A stretch of DNA of 64,000 nucleotides from the NCBI GenBank assembly GCA_051362555.1, contig CM120645.1:11036001-11100000 (forward strand), read 5' to 3'. Below are positions 53,501 to 64,000 of this stretch, in pieces; positions within the stretch are counted from its first letter, which is position 1, and every line of letters starts with the position of its first letter. Origin of the DNA: Lingula anatina (taxonomy: Eukaryota > Animalia > Brachiopoda). The position numbers were made by a program, and so were the translations under genes. A model generated the notes under the pieces. That model was not told the DNA's origin, did not search any database, and saw nothing but the letters and a program-made list of their open reading frames with translations.

Positions 53501-56436
53501 TATCATTTTTAGAACTTGTCCAATGTGAGTGGTGTAGTTATTTTTTAGAAGACAGAATCTTCCTAACATTAAATTTAAATGAAGTCACTGGTTTCATCCT
53601 AATAACTTACACCAAACTTTGGTTAATTGTTAATCTAGTCAATTTCAACATCATTAAATCTTAACACTTGCTTAAAAATTTTCATTACAGATTGAAAAAG
53701 CTGTCATTTCGGATCGTCTTGACCAGTCACCCTGCACCCTGGTGGCCAGTCAGTATGGCTGGTCTGGTAACATGGAGAGAATTATGCAGGCACAGGCTTA
53801 CGCTAAAGCCAAAGATCCTTCTCAAGAGTAAGTTTTTGCCTGCCCATTTACTTAAAAAATTTAGGTAAAAGAAAAAAAAGCCTAGCAGTACCCCAGAAAG
53901 GACACAACCACAGTCCATTTGTAAATCATTAAATGGTGTTTTAGTCAATGTTTTGTTAGAATAAAGCTAGCCTTGAACTAGGTTAATTTTAATTTGTACA
54001 GTTTTTTAGTGGCGGTTTTACTATCATATTTGAAGTGTATAAATTATGGAGATTATTGTAGAGAAATGTCAAAATGGCAGCTAGGTCACATTGAGATGCC
54101 TTTTATGGTTATTGATTGTAAATCTCTGAGATGAATAATGAAATCTGCTCTAGTGGATTATATGCCAGAGAAACTGAGTGAAAATTGGATGTTTTTTTTA
54201 CCCTTGCTGTTTGTCTGACACCATGGTATTGGGTTCAGGGCTTTTGTAACTTCTTATGGTAATTGTGTTTTGTAATTTTCAGATTCTATGCATCACAGAA
54301 GAGAACACTGGAAATCAATCCCAGGCATCCTCTCATGAAGGAACTCAAGAGTAAAGTGGAGGTAAAGTGCAGGGAAATTACACAGATTTGAGTTTATATT
54401 CTGAAAGCAACCCAGTTTTTTTTCACTTTTTTTTTCCAGCTTATGAAATTATCTACAAGAAATTATTATTTTGAAAATGTCTGGTCTTGGGGTGGGGGGT
54501 GGGGGGGGGGGGGGTGGACATGAATGAAAATGTTAAAACACCCCTGAGTAATTTTGTCCTATTAAGCTTTTATTGAAAGAAGAGAACTTTTTTCACAAGA
54601 GGTTATGAAATTAGACATAGATAATCCTATATAGTTTTGGTGAGGAAGATGAATCACAGACCTGTGTGTTTCTATTCACAGGCAAATGAGGACGACCAAA
54701 CTGCCAAAGATTTGGCAGTGGTCATGTTTGAGACTGCCACTCTGCGGTCAGGCTATGCCCTCAAGGACACAGCAGGGTTTGCTGAGAGAGTTGAGCGCAT
54801 GATGCGCCTCAGTTTAGACATTTCATTGGACGAAAAGGTACGTCTATAGATAGGGAGGTTGTCAACTTTATACAAAAGTTACAAGAAACGAGATGAAACA
54901 CAATTTCTGTTTTGAATTGGATTTTTTTTCCACATTTTTTGGGGCTATAACAGCTGTTTCCCCCATAAAATTTGTCACTTGTATTCTATCAATACCATTT
55001 TTAAAGGATACATTTGCATATTTTCCATGTAAAAAGGAAGATTATACATATTGTGATGGAGAAGTATTTCATTAAAGCACAGCATCAAAATATAATTTTA
55101 AGAAATAGTTTTGAGAAGTTTTAAGAAAAAGTGCTGCCATCTTTCTTCAGGTTGAAGAAGAACCAGAGGAGGAGGAAGCAGAAGATGCAGGTGGAGATGA
55201 AGAGGTCGATGCTGATGGTGAAGAGGAAGACGGTCAGCCAGCAGCCGACGAAGATGCCAAAGATGCAGAAGAAACAGAACAGGTAATGGTCATATTGATG
55301 CAGTTTGATTTGGTATTGGGGGTATTTTGTCATGCTTTGCCTGTACTGTGGCAGTGTATCAGATTGGCCAATTGGTGAATTGATTTCAAAATATTGGACT
55401 GAAATTCACCAATCAAAGCTTAGATGACATACTGTCACATGATGGGTCACATGGCACAGCATATGTCTATAACAGCATGTTGTGCTTGTTGATTATTTGT
55501 ATATTTTTAGCTCTTGAATGTTACCTTTGCGGTTTTTTAAATGATCAGATGAATAATTTTCTTGCAAAGTAAAAGCTGAAACAACTGTTTCCTTCTTGCA
55601 AAATATATTTGCATAATTTTTTTTCTTATTTAATGATTAAATGAAGAAATTGTGTGTGTTGATTGTACTGAAGAAGCCGAGAGATCTGTTTGACTGTCTG
55701 TCAGACAGATACTTGGCTGCTTCAATACAAATTTATACCATATACCATCTTTTTATATTTGAGCCTTGATGATAATGTATTTATTATGCGCATTATGGAG
55801 TTTGGCATCTGGACTTTTCACTGTTTGTTGGCTTTCCCCTCTAACCATGTTTTTGCTCGACAGTGTGTACTTATTTCAACCATATTATTTATATACATTA
55901 GCCATAGGATATACCTTATATAATAAGTGTTTTAGATAAAATGTAGAAATATTTCACCTCATTTGGAACATCTCATATTTAGATAGCTTCCACACTTGTG
56001 AAATGTTTTGCACTGCAGTTTGAATTTAAATACAGATATAATCATATAAAAGAAATGAGCTTAAATTGAAAGTATGAAAATTTTTTCTCATGCATAAGCT
56101 TGTTTTCTGAATAACAAGATGCAGAACAACAACAATTTGCCCTACACTTGATAGGCAAATTTTTTAGCATGTAAATAAAACCTGAATTACAATTTGATTC
56201 GATTGCTCGTTAGTCAACATATTGATCATTTTGAGCGTTTAAAAAAATAAAAAGATAAGATGAAGGCACAAATTCTATGCCCCCCCCCTTCCATAAAGGA
56301 GCATATAAATGAAGCCAAAGAAGGGAAAGGCATCACAAAGTCCAGGCCAAACTTTGGAAAGACATCAAACTTACTTAGAACGTTTCCATTCTTTCTTTAT
56401 TTACAGAAGGAAGAAACCAAGAAAGACGAATTATAA
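34604..56436 (+). CDS. HSP90B1: Endoplasmin / GRP94 (ER Hsp90), ~814 aa, 18 exons
   Basis: Exons 34604-34655, 36310-36418, 37487-37628, 44781-44897, 45863-46058, 46339-46468, 46669-46780, 47332-47433, 47692-47795, 48167-48356, 48639-48877, 52574-52745, 53145-53390, 53691-53827, 54283-54361, 54682-54837, 55151-55282, 56407-56436; total 2445 nt. Signal peptide [18 protein letters not shown]. Hsp90 signatures [43 protein letters not shown] and [11 protein letters not shown]94-typical [24 protein letters not shown]-terminus KEETKKDEL*. Confidence 0.98.
35175..35446. mobile_element. Degenerate MITE in HSP90B1 intron 1
   Basis: Imperfect terminal inverted repeats CAGTGGTGGATTTAG ... CTGGATCTGTCCCTG, a G/C-run-rich interior, and flanks CAATC / CAATA as a possible degenerate TSD. 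Confidence 0.45.
36467..36561. repeat. (CA)n microsatellite cluster
   Basis: Long CA runs just after HSP90B1 exon 2. They generate the spurious HTHTHT/CVCVCV ORFs. Confidence 0.9.
38838..40942 (-). mobile_element. Internally deleted hAT-superfamily DNA transposon (2105 bp) in HSP90B1 intron 3
   Basis: Perfect 14-bp TIRs CAGGGGTCGAAATG (38838) and CATTTCGACCCCTG (ends 40942). Flanked by a GTTTT direct repeat. Clustered TTTCCC/GGGAAA subterminal motifs occur at both ends. A transposase remnant lies on the minus strand. Confidence 0.85.
39075..39416 (-). pseudogene. hAT transposase fragment (C-terminal dimerization domain, truncated)
   Basis: [10 protein letters not shown]...[20 protein letters not shown] resembles the hAT dimerization motif (YPNL..LA...L.LPVSTA), but the following ERxFS is missing. 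Confidence 0.7.
44552..44588. repeat. (CA)n microsatellite
   Basis: Direct CA run. Confidence 0.9.
48920..52322 (+). mobile_element. Complete HINE/DINE-1-like element (family A), copy 2, filling most of HSP90B1 intron 11
   Basis: 5' TTTTTATGTACAGACACAGATGTGTCTGTACATA, a GTCGTCGCC microsatellite, about four ~160-bp core repeats (49008-49620), diverged ~360-bp repeats, then 3' TGTCTGTACATTTGACAGCTTTGCTGCCTTGTTT. It is the reverse-complement homologue of 8414-10207. Confidence 0.85.
51527..51764 (+). mobile_element. Short HINE/MITE-like element (family B) nested inside family A copy 2
   Basis: 5' TTTACCTC...CTCTGCCAAGGGGGTTAT followed by a tgtttgtctgtc microsatellite. 3' CCTTGGCAGAGGT (inverse of CTCTGCCAAGG), then a GCAC...GTGC hairpin and TTTTCTAGTT. 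Homologous to 387-541. Confidence 0.7.
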
Positions 56437-57451
56437 CCTCGGCGTGATGGGCTGTCCCATCTTTGATGTATCATATTGACTTTTATCAAAGACCCAAAAA
56501 AACATATAAATATGTATATGTAACATATGAAAAAAAAGTATTGAGTGAAGAAATGATGGACAGAGTACAGAATATTACGTATATTTTATGTGTTCCACAG
56601 CTGTTTTGTCTTACGGTTCTCTCGCATGCCACGCCTTGTTTTAGATGAATTTCCAGACGCATTTACTGACAGTATAGCTTTTGCACGTTTCTTACGAGTG
56701 TGGGGCGATGTTAGAGACAGATACTGCGACCAGTCCTAAAGCGAACAAACTCTGAGCACGTGAAGTGAGCGGCAACGGCCTAAATTGGGCTGTTATGGAA
56801 TTATAAATGTGTCTTAATAACGAGTGACATATGTCACCATCCTGACATCTTTTACTTTACTTGAACTGTTAACGAATTAACTGTGTTGTCGTGGACGAAT
56901 CATGAACTGAAATCTTTCCAAAGATTGAAAAGAAAGAACTGCTGTGCATTTCACTTAGATGTTTGCTTGTTTGACTTTTATGTTGATTTTGTTGAAAGAA
57001 GGTTGTACCTTTTCGTTATTTGTTTTTAATTTGTTCATTCATATTTTTTCATTCCCAATATACCTATCCCTTAGATACCAGCGCTATCTCAGAAGTTAAA
57101 TGTCGTGTACGGGACTATTCAATGGTGCGCACAAAATGAGAATTTGTCTATCACCAGTTTGATTGCTCTCCTTTGCCAAGAGAACATTCTTTTATACACC
57201 TGTAGCAATATACAGAACGCTGGTAATAACCTAGAGCAAAGATGTTGGTATTTATTACCAATTTTTTCTTTAATTTCAAAGAGGGGCCATGATAGTCTTG
57301 ATATAAACGGCAAATTAACATCTACTTAAATGTTTTGTTTCTTGCCGGTTGTTTTGTGGGGGACCCAGAAAAGTAATCTTTAAATACCAGCCAAGAAAAA
57401 AGCGGTTATTGAGTGTCTATGTAGGCACTGGATTTATTATTTGTAAGAAAA

Positions 57452-57457
57452 ATAAAA
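57452..57457 (+). terminator. Candidate polyadenylation signal of HSP90B1
   Basis: AATAAA about 1 kb downstream of the stop codon, followed by a GT/T-rich tract (ttggtgctttgtgtgattt). Confidence 0.5.
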
Positions 57458-59106
57458 AAAGGAAAAAAACTTGGTGCTTTGTGTGATTTCTTACAGCAAA
57501 TTGTCGTTTCCTGACACATTTTGTTGCTTTTGGATCAAGTTCGCTCAAAAAAGCAGTGCCGCGCTGGAAACTGCAGCTTTTATTAGCATTCACCTTTAGA
57601 TATCAGAATGCTGAATGACCGGGGAAAGCTTTACGTTCCTGAATTTCGAGCACGAACGTTTGAATTGTCTGAAATGAAAGGTAAACGTCTTACTTGAAAT
57701 CGAGCAGCCTTTTCCACATCTTTTGAAACTGTGCAACGAAGGTTTACTATAAATGATTGTCTAGATGGAATAGGACTCAAATACTACTTCATTGAAACGC
57801 TGGTATTTAAATCGTTGTATAGAATGGCCGACCTTTTTTAGGCAGGCTGCGCGTTTGGTTCATTTTAATAATTCGTTTATTTATTAATCTTATTATTGAG
57901 TAATGACATTGCTGCTCCCGATGAAAAGGTTAATTTTTTATGCGAAACAGGAAATCATACAGCGGCAGTAGGAAAGTGTACAGATTCATCGACAGCATTT
58001 GTAAAATATGAATTATTTTAATGCCAAATTTACCCAAAGCGCCCCATAAAATTATAATTCATTTCAGGAACTAAACTTTAATAACAACAGCCTTTGTATA
58101 TTACACAATAGTAAAGTAAGCGGCAATAAATTTTAATTTAAAAAGACATAGATATGTCAAATATGACCTCCCATTTTATTTCAAAAAAGCATGGCGTATT
58201 TTCCTAGATTACCTGATCACTCCCTTATAAATATTATGAATGCAAATTATATTTGATGCATGTGCATTTCATAGGTAATTATGTAGCATTTCTGCATTCC
58301 TGTGTTTATTAGATGTAGCATATGAGCGATGTTTATTTTGATAACATTAAACACACTTTAAACAGAAGAAATATTTATAAAAAATATTTCAGTGAAACTT
58401 GTCAGTGAACATTTAAAATGCGTTTTGCAAATATGTCGAAATGCTGTGTAAATTACAACATTTATTTCCAAAAAAAAAAAAAAAAAAAAAAAAAAATGTC
58501 GATTATCGGCATATTTGCTGCGACAGATAATGACAATTTCTCTTAAATATCAGTAAGACTACAGGCGCGTTACCAATGAAACTATCGTTCTTCATAGATT
58601 GGTCCAACTCTGCGGGGACTCTCGCTAAATGCAATCAGATTAACCAAATAACACGCCTCCTCGAGCTGCTAGGGGGTGATTAACTCTTGTGTGTTCGGCT
58701 TCTGTAAATCACTTCGTTTTGAGTGCGACCGAACGCGCACGAAAAGTTAAACATACCCAAGCTGCTCGAAGAGGCGTGTCATATAGTTAATCTGGCGGTA
58801 TTCAGCAAGAGTCCCCGTGGAGTTGGGTTGATTTACATTGAACGATTTTTTTCATTTGGAACTCGCTCAACAATATCGATTTGCCTCTTAAGCATAACTG
58901 CAACAACCACCTTGTTTACTATATGCTCGATAAGAATATATTTCTGTAATTTTTGTAGGTCATCCTCCATTGTTAATTTATCAGTAAAACCGATTTGCCG
59001 ATATTAAATACCAAAAATACTAATAACTATATAATGAAATATATAACATACCCTCTTTTCCCTTCTCTACGGTCTTAAACTGCGTTCCCTTTATCTTGAT
59101 ATTTAG

Positions 59107-62100
59107 AGGTGCACGGCGTGCGGGCGTAAGCTACTGTGGGTAGACGCCGAGCAAAATGTTCCGCCACAAAAGCAACAGAAGACCCCACCCAAAGTCCAAC
59201 CCAAAGTCCAACCAAAAGTCCAACCAAAGGTTCAACCCAAGATTCAACCAAAGGTTCATCCAAAAGCTCAACCGAAGGTCCAACCAAAGACACAACCAAA
59301 AGTTCAACCAAATATCCCCCAGCAACCTATACTGAAAACTAAACCAATCAAAAAGCCAGCAATAGACAAATCGAAAGACACGGACGGAGACGGGATTCCA
59401 GATTACTTGGATGATGATATTGATGGTGATGGCATTCCCAACGATCAGGACGACGATGATGATGGCGACGGGATTCCAGACGTTAAAGAGAGAGATTCCG
59501 ATGGAGATGGGATTCCAGACTATCTTGACACTGACGATAAAGTGAGAGACACAGATGGAGATGGAATCCCAGATTATTTAGACGATGACATTGATGGCGA
59601 CGGAATACCAAATGACCAAGACGACGATGCCGATGGTGACGGCATTCTTGATGAGCTGGAAAAAGACACGGATGGAGACGGAATTCCAGACTATTTGGAC
59701 GATGACATCGATGGAGATGGGATTCCAAACGATCAAGATGATGATGATGATGGTGACGGGATTCCTGACTACCAAGAGGCAGTCCGCGTCAAACCTACCG
59801 TAAAAGTGCAACCAAAATTGCGGAAAACTGCCCCGACAGTCAACAAGGGAAAAGATTCTGATGGCGATGGAATTCCAGATTGGATGGAGAAAGATTCTGA
59901 CGGAGATGGAATTCCCGATTATTTAGACAAAGACGATAAAGTAAGAGACACAGACGGAGACGGAATTCCAGATTATCTTGACGATGATATCGATGGCGAT
60001 GGTATTCCGAATGATCAAGATGACGATGACGACGGTGATGGGATTCCAGATGAATTTGAAAAAGACACTGATGGTGATGGAATTCCAGACTATCTAGATG
60101 ATGATATTGATGGAGATGGCATACCCAACGATTTAGATGACGATGATGACGGTGATGGTATTCCTGATAGCGAAGAAAAAGTGAGGTTCGACAGAAAGAA
60201 AGACACAGATGGAGATGGCATTCCAGATTATCTTGATGATGACATTGATGGTGATGGAATTCCAAACGACTTGGATGACGATGACGATGGAGACGGGATT
60301 CCGGATGAATTTGAAAAGGACACGGATGGAGACGGAATTCCAGACTATCTTGATGACGACATTGACGGAGATGGCATACCCAACGATTTGGACGACGACG
60401 ACGATGGTGATGGAATTCCTGATAGCCAAGAAAAAGTGAGGTTCGACAGAAAGAAAGACACGGACGGAGACGGCATTCCAGACTATTTGGACGACGATAT
60501 TGATGGAGACGGAATTCCTAACGACCAGGACGATGATAAAGACGGAGATGGCATTCCGGATTGGATGGAGAAAGATTCTGACGGAGACGGTATTCCCGAT
60601 TACTTAGACAAAGACGACAAAGTGCGAGACACAGACGGGGATGGTATTCCAGATTATCTTGATGACGACATTGATGGCGATGGAATACCCAATGACCTAG
60701 ACGATGATGACGATGGTGACGGCATTCCCGATGAACTTGAGAAAGACACTGATGGAGACGGAATTCCAGATTATATGGACGACGACATTGATGGAGACGG
60801 AATTCCTAATGACCAAGATGATGATGACGACGGGGACGGAATTCCAGACAGCCAGGAGAAAGTAAAATTTGTAAAGCCAAAACATAACATGAAGGTTAAA
60901 CCGGGACTGAAGGTAAAGCCTGGAAAAACAAGGAGGCAAACGGTAGATAAAACAAAAGATGCTGATGGAGACGGAATACCCGACTGGATGGAAAAAGACA
61001 CCGACGGAGATGGTATTCCAGATTATCTAGATGACGATGATAAAAACAGAGACACAGATGGAGATGGAATTCCAGATTATCTAGATGACGACATAGACGG
61101 AGATGGGATACCAAACGACCAAGATGACGATGATGACGGAGACGGGATTCCGGATTGGATGGAAAAAGATTCCGACGGAGATGGAATTCCCGATTATTTA
61201 GACAAAGACGATAAAGTACGAGACACCGACGGAGACGGAATTCCAGACTATCTTGATGATGATATTGATGGCGATGGTATTCCCAACGACCAAGATGATG
61301 ATGACGACGGTGACGGAATTCCCGATTGGATGGAAAAGGATACGGACGGAGACGGGATTCCAGATTATTTAGATGACGATATCGATGGAGATGGGATACC
61401 TAACGATAAAGATGATGACGACGATGGAGATGGTATTCCCGACAACAAAGAGAAAGTAAAATTTGACAATAGCAAATTCATGAAGTTAAAGTTGAAAATG
61501 AAACAGAAACAAGCACAAAAAACAAAACCAGGGAAGTTAAAAAGACAAACGGTAGATAAAACAAAAGATGCTGATGGAGACGGAATTCCTGACTGGATGG
61601 AAAAAGACACCGACGGAGATGGTATTCCAGATTATCTAGATGACGATGATAAAAACAGAGACACAGATGGAGACGGAATTCCAGATTATCTAGATGACGA
61701 CATAGACGGAGATGGGATACCCAACGACCAAGATGACGATGATGACGGAGACGGGATTCCGGATTGGATGGAAAAAGATTCCGACGGAGATGGAATACCG
61801 GATTACTTAGACAAAGATGATAAAGTACGAGACACCGACGGAGACGGAATTCCCGATTATTTAGACGATGATATCGATGGCGATGGTATTCCCAACGACC
61901 AAGATGATGATGATGATGGAGACGGAATTCCCGATTGGATGGAAAAGGATACGGATGGAGACGGGATTCCAGATTATTTAGATGACGATATCGATGGAGA
62001 TGGGATACCTAACGATCAAGACGACGATGACGATGGTGACGGTATTCCCGACAGCCAAGAAAAAGTGAAATTTGACAAAAGCAAAATATTGAAACAGGGA

Positions 62101-63811
62101 GTGAAGACAAATCCAAAACCTGTCCCTAAAACTAAACAAGCACCAAGTAAACTAAAGAGGCAAATGGTAGACACGAAAAAGGATGCTGATGGCGACGGAA
62201 TTCCGGACTGGATGGAAAAAGACACCGACGGAGATGGTATTCCAGATTATCTAGATGACGACGATAAAAACAGAGACACAGATGGAGACGGAATTCCAGA
62301 TTATCTAGATGACGACATAGACGGAGATGGGATACCAAACGACCAAGATGACGATGATGACGGAGACGGGATTCCAGACAAACAAGAAAAAGAGTACAAA
62401 GTAAAACGTACACAAAACCTTAAAGTTAAAACCCCACCACCTTCTGGAATAGATAAAACAAAAGACACTGATGGCGATGGAATCCCGGATTATTTAGATC
62501 AAGATGATGACGGAGACGGTATTCCAGATTTCATGGAGAAGGACTCCGATGGTGACGGTATCCCGGATTATCTAGACACTGACGACAGGGTAAGAGATAC
62601 TGATGGAGACGGTATTCCGGATTACTTGGATGATGACGATGACAACGACGGCATCCCGGATGACAAGGATGACGATGCCAATGGTAACGGGATTCCAGAT
62701 GAGCTAGAGAAAGACACGGACGGAGATGGGATTCCAGATTACCTAGATGACGATATTGACGGCGACGGAATTCCGAACGATCAAGATGATGATGATGATG
62801 GCGACGGCATACCAGACAGTCAGGAGAAAATAAAATTTGACCGTTTTAAAGACACAGACGGAGATGGTATTCCAGATTACTTGGATGATGACATTGATGG
62901 CGACGGCATCCCCAACGATCAGGACGACGACGATGACGGAGATGGCATTCCCGACGAACTAGAGAAAGACACGGACGGAGACGGGATTCCAGATTACTTG
63001 GATGATGACATTGATGGCGACGGCATCCCCAACGATCAGGACGACGACGATGACGGAGATGGCATACCAGACCGTCTGGAGAAAAAGCAAAAACAAGTCA
63101 AACCTATCCCAGGAAAGAAACCACCAATCTCCAAAACAAAATTAAAGCCAAAGGTTTCGGTAAAAGATCAGATAGACAAGACTGTTGACACAGATGGCGA
63201 CGGTATCCCAGATTACTTGGATGATGACGATGACAATGACGGGATCCCAGACCATCTTGATGACGATGATAATGGTAACGGAATCCCAGATCACTTGGAG
63301 AAAGACACGGATCATGACGGCATACCGGATTATCTAGACAGCGACGCCAATGGCAACGGTATCCCGGATTACATGGAGAAAGACTCAGATGGAGACGGCA
63401 TACCGGATTACCTGGACACTGATGACAAGGTACGCGACACAGATGGAGATGGGATTCCAGATTACCTCGACCCTGACGACGACAATGACGGGATTCCAGA
63501 CGAGGATGACCCTGATGCCAACGGGAATGGCATCTTGGACATTTACGAGGTGGACACAGACGGAGACGGAATTCCAGATTTCTGGGACGACGATGACGAT
63601 AACGACGGTATTCCTGACATTAAAGATGATGATGCCAACGGAAATGGAATACCTGACAAGCTGGAGAAGGACAGCGACGGCGACGGGATCCCTGACTACC
63701 TGGATGACGATGATGATAATGATGGCATACCGGATGATCAGGACCCGGACGCTAATGGCGACGGAATATTGGACATCTATCAGATAGACACAGACGGTGA
63801 TGGAATTCCAG
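59107..63811 (+). CDS. Giant exon of an uncharacterised Asp-rich protein with ~94 DxDxDGIPD (thrombospondin type-3-like) calcium-binding-type motifs; partial gene
   Basis: Open frame from the acceptor 'atttag' (59101-59106) to the donor 'ccag|gtaaga' (63811/63812), in frame with ORF 59407-63870. It begins [17 protein letters not shown], continues with about 10 PKVQ-type repeats, then acidic motif blocks separated by Lys/Pro-rich linkers. Many synonymous differences between repeats preserve the protein motif. The start exon is unresolved and the gene continues beyond the window. Confidence 0.88.
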
Positions 63812-64000
63812 GTAAGATAAAGTTTATTATGAACTCTCACACTATTGGAATTTACAACGTAAATGGCTAGGGAACATGTATTTATCATAGTCAATAATAT
63901 AAGTAATAGTAATAGTAGTATGTTTCCAATACGTTTCCATCTGAATTGTGCACCGTAAAAGAGTATATGAAATATTCATTGTAATTTCTTAAAATCTTGT

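Noticed and set aside
56114-56310. Possible third HINE-like remnant in the last HSP90B1 intron
   Set aside because: Only a terminal stem-loop (atgcccccc...ggagcat) is visible, with no matching subTIR or second copy.
59034-59078. ATG at 59034 as start of the acidic repeat protein
   Set aside because: It is out of frame with the long ORF and stops after 14 codons; the region reads as a polypyrimidine tract before the acceptor at 59106.
1905-63811. All four genes as a functional secretory/biomineralisation cluster
   Set aside because: Three products are plausibly secretory-pathway proteins, but adjacency alone is not evidence in an animal genome. Only the TTC41-HSP90B1 pair has sequence support for shared regulation.
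59407-63870. Bacterial contamination or a prokaryotic gene as the source of the DGDGIPD ORF
   Set aside because: The ORF is bounded by a canonical acceptor and a strong GTAAGA donor, its flanks match the host's AT-rich intron composition, and there is no RBS or operon context. Ancient horizontal origin remains untested.

Overview
This is AT-rich, intron-containing animal genomic DNA, probably from an invertebrate; the species cannot be determined from the sequence. I reconstructed four protein-coding genes by hand from GT-AG splice sites and reading-frame continuity. (1) A secreted laccase-type multicopper oxidase (+, 1905-6602, 9 exons, ~762 aa). (2) A DUF4062 + NACHT-like P-loop NTPase + TPR gene resembling TTC41/GNN (-, 32744-10319, 17 coding exons, ~1609 aa). 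(3) HSP90B1/GRP94 endoplasmin (+, 34604-56436, 18 exons, ~814 aa, ending KDEL), head-to-head with the TTC41-like gene across a promoter carrying two perfect, oppositely oriented ERSE elements and one near-perfect one. (4) A single ~4.7-kb exon (+, ~59107-63811, continuing past the window) encoding ~94 DxDxDGIPD calcium-binding-type motifs separated by Lys/Pro-rich basic linkers. Mobile DNA includes two complete copies of one Helentron-associated (HINE/DINE-1-like) element, a second HINE family (one copy nested in the first), and an internally deleted hAT element with 14-bp TIRs and a 5-bp TSD. The most interesting items are the giant acidic repeat protein and the apparently ancient TTC41-HSP90B1 divergent gene pair with bidirectional ER-stress elements and an overlapping uORF.
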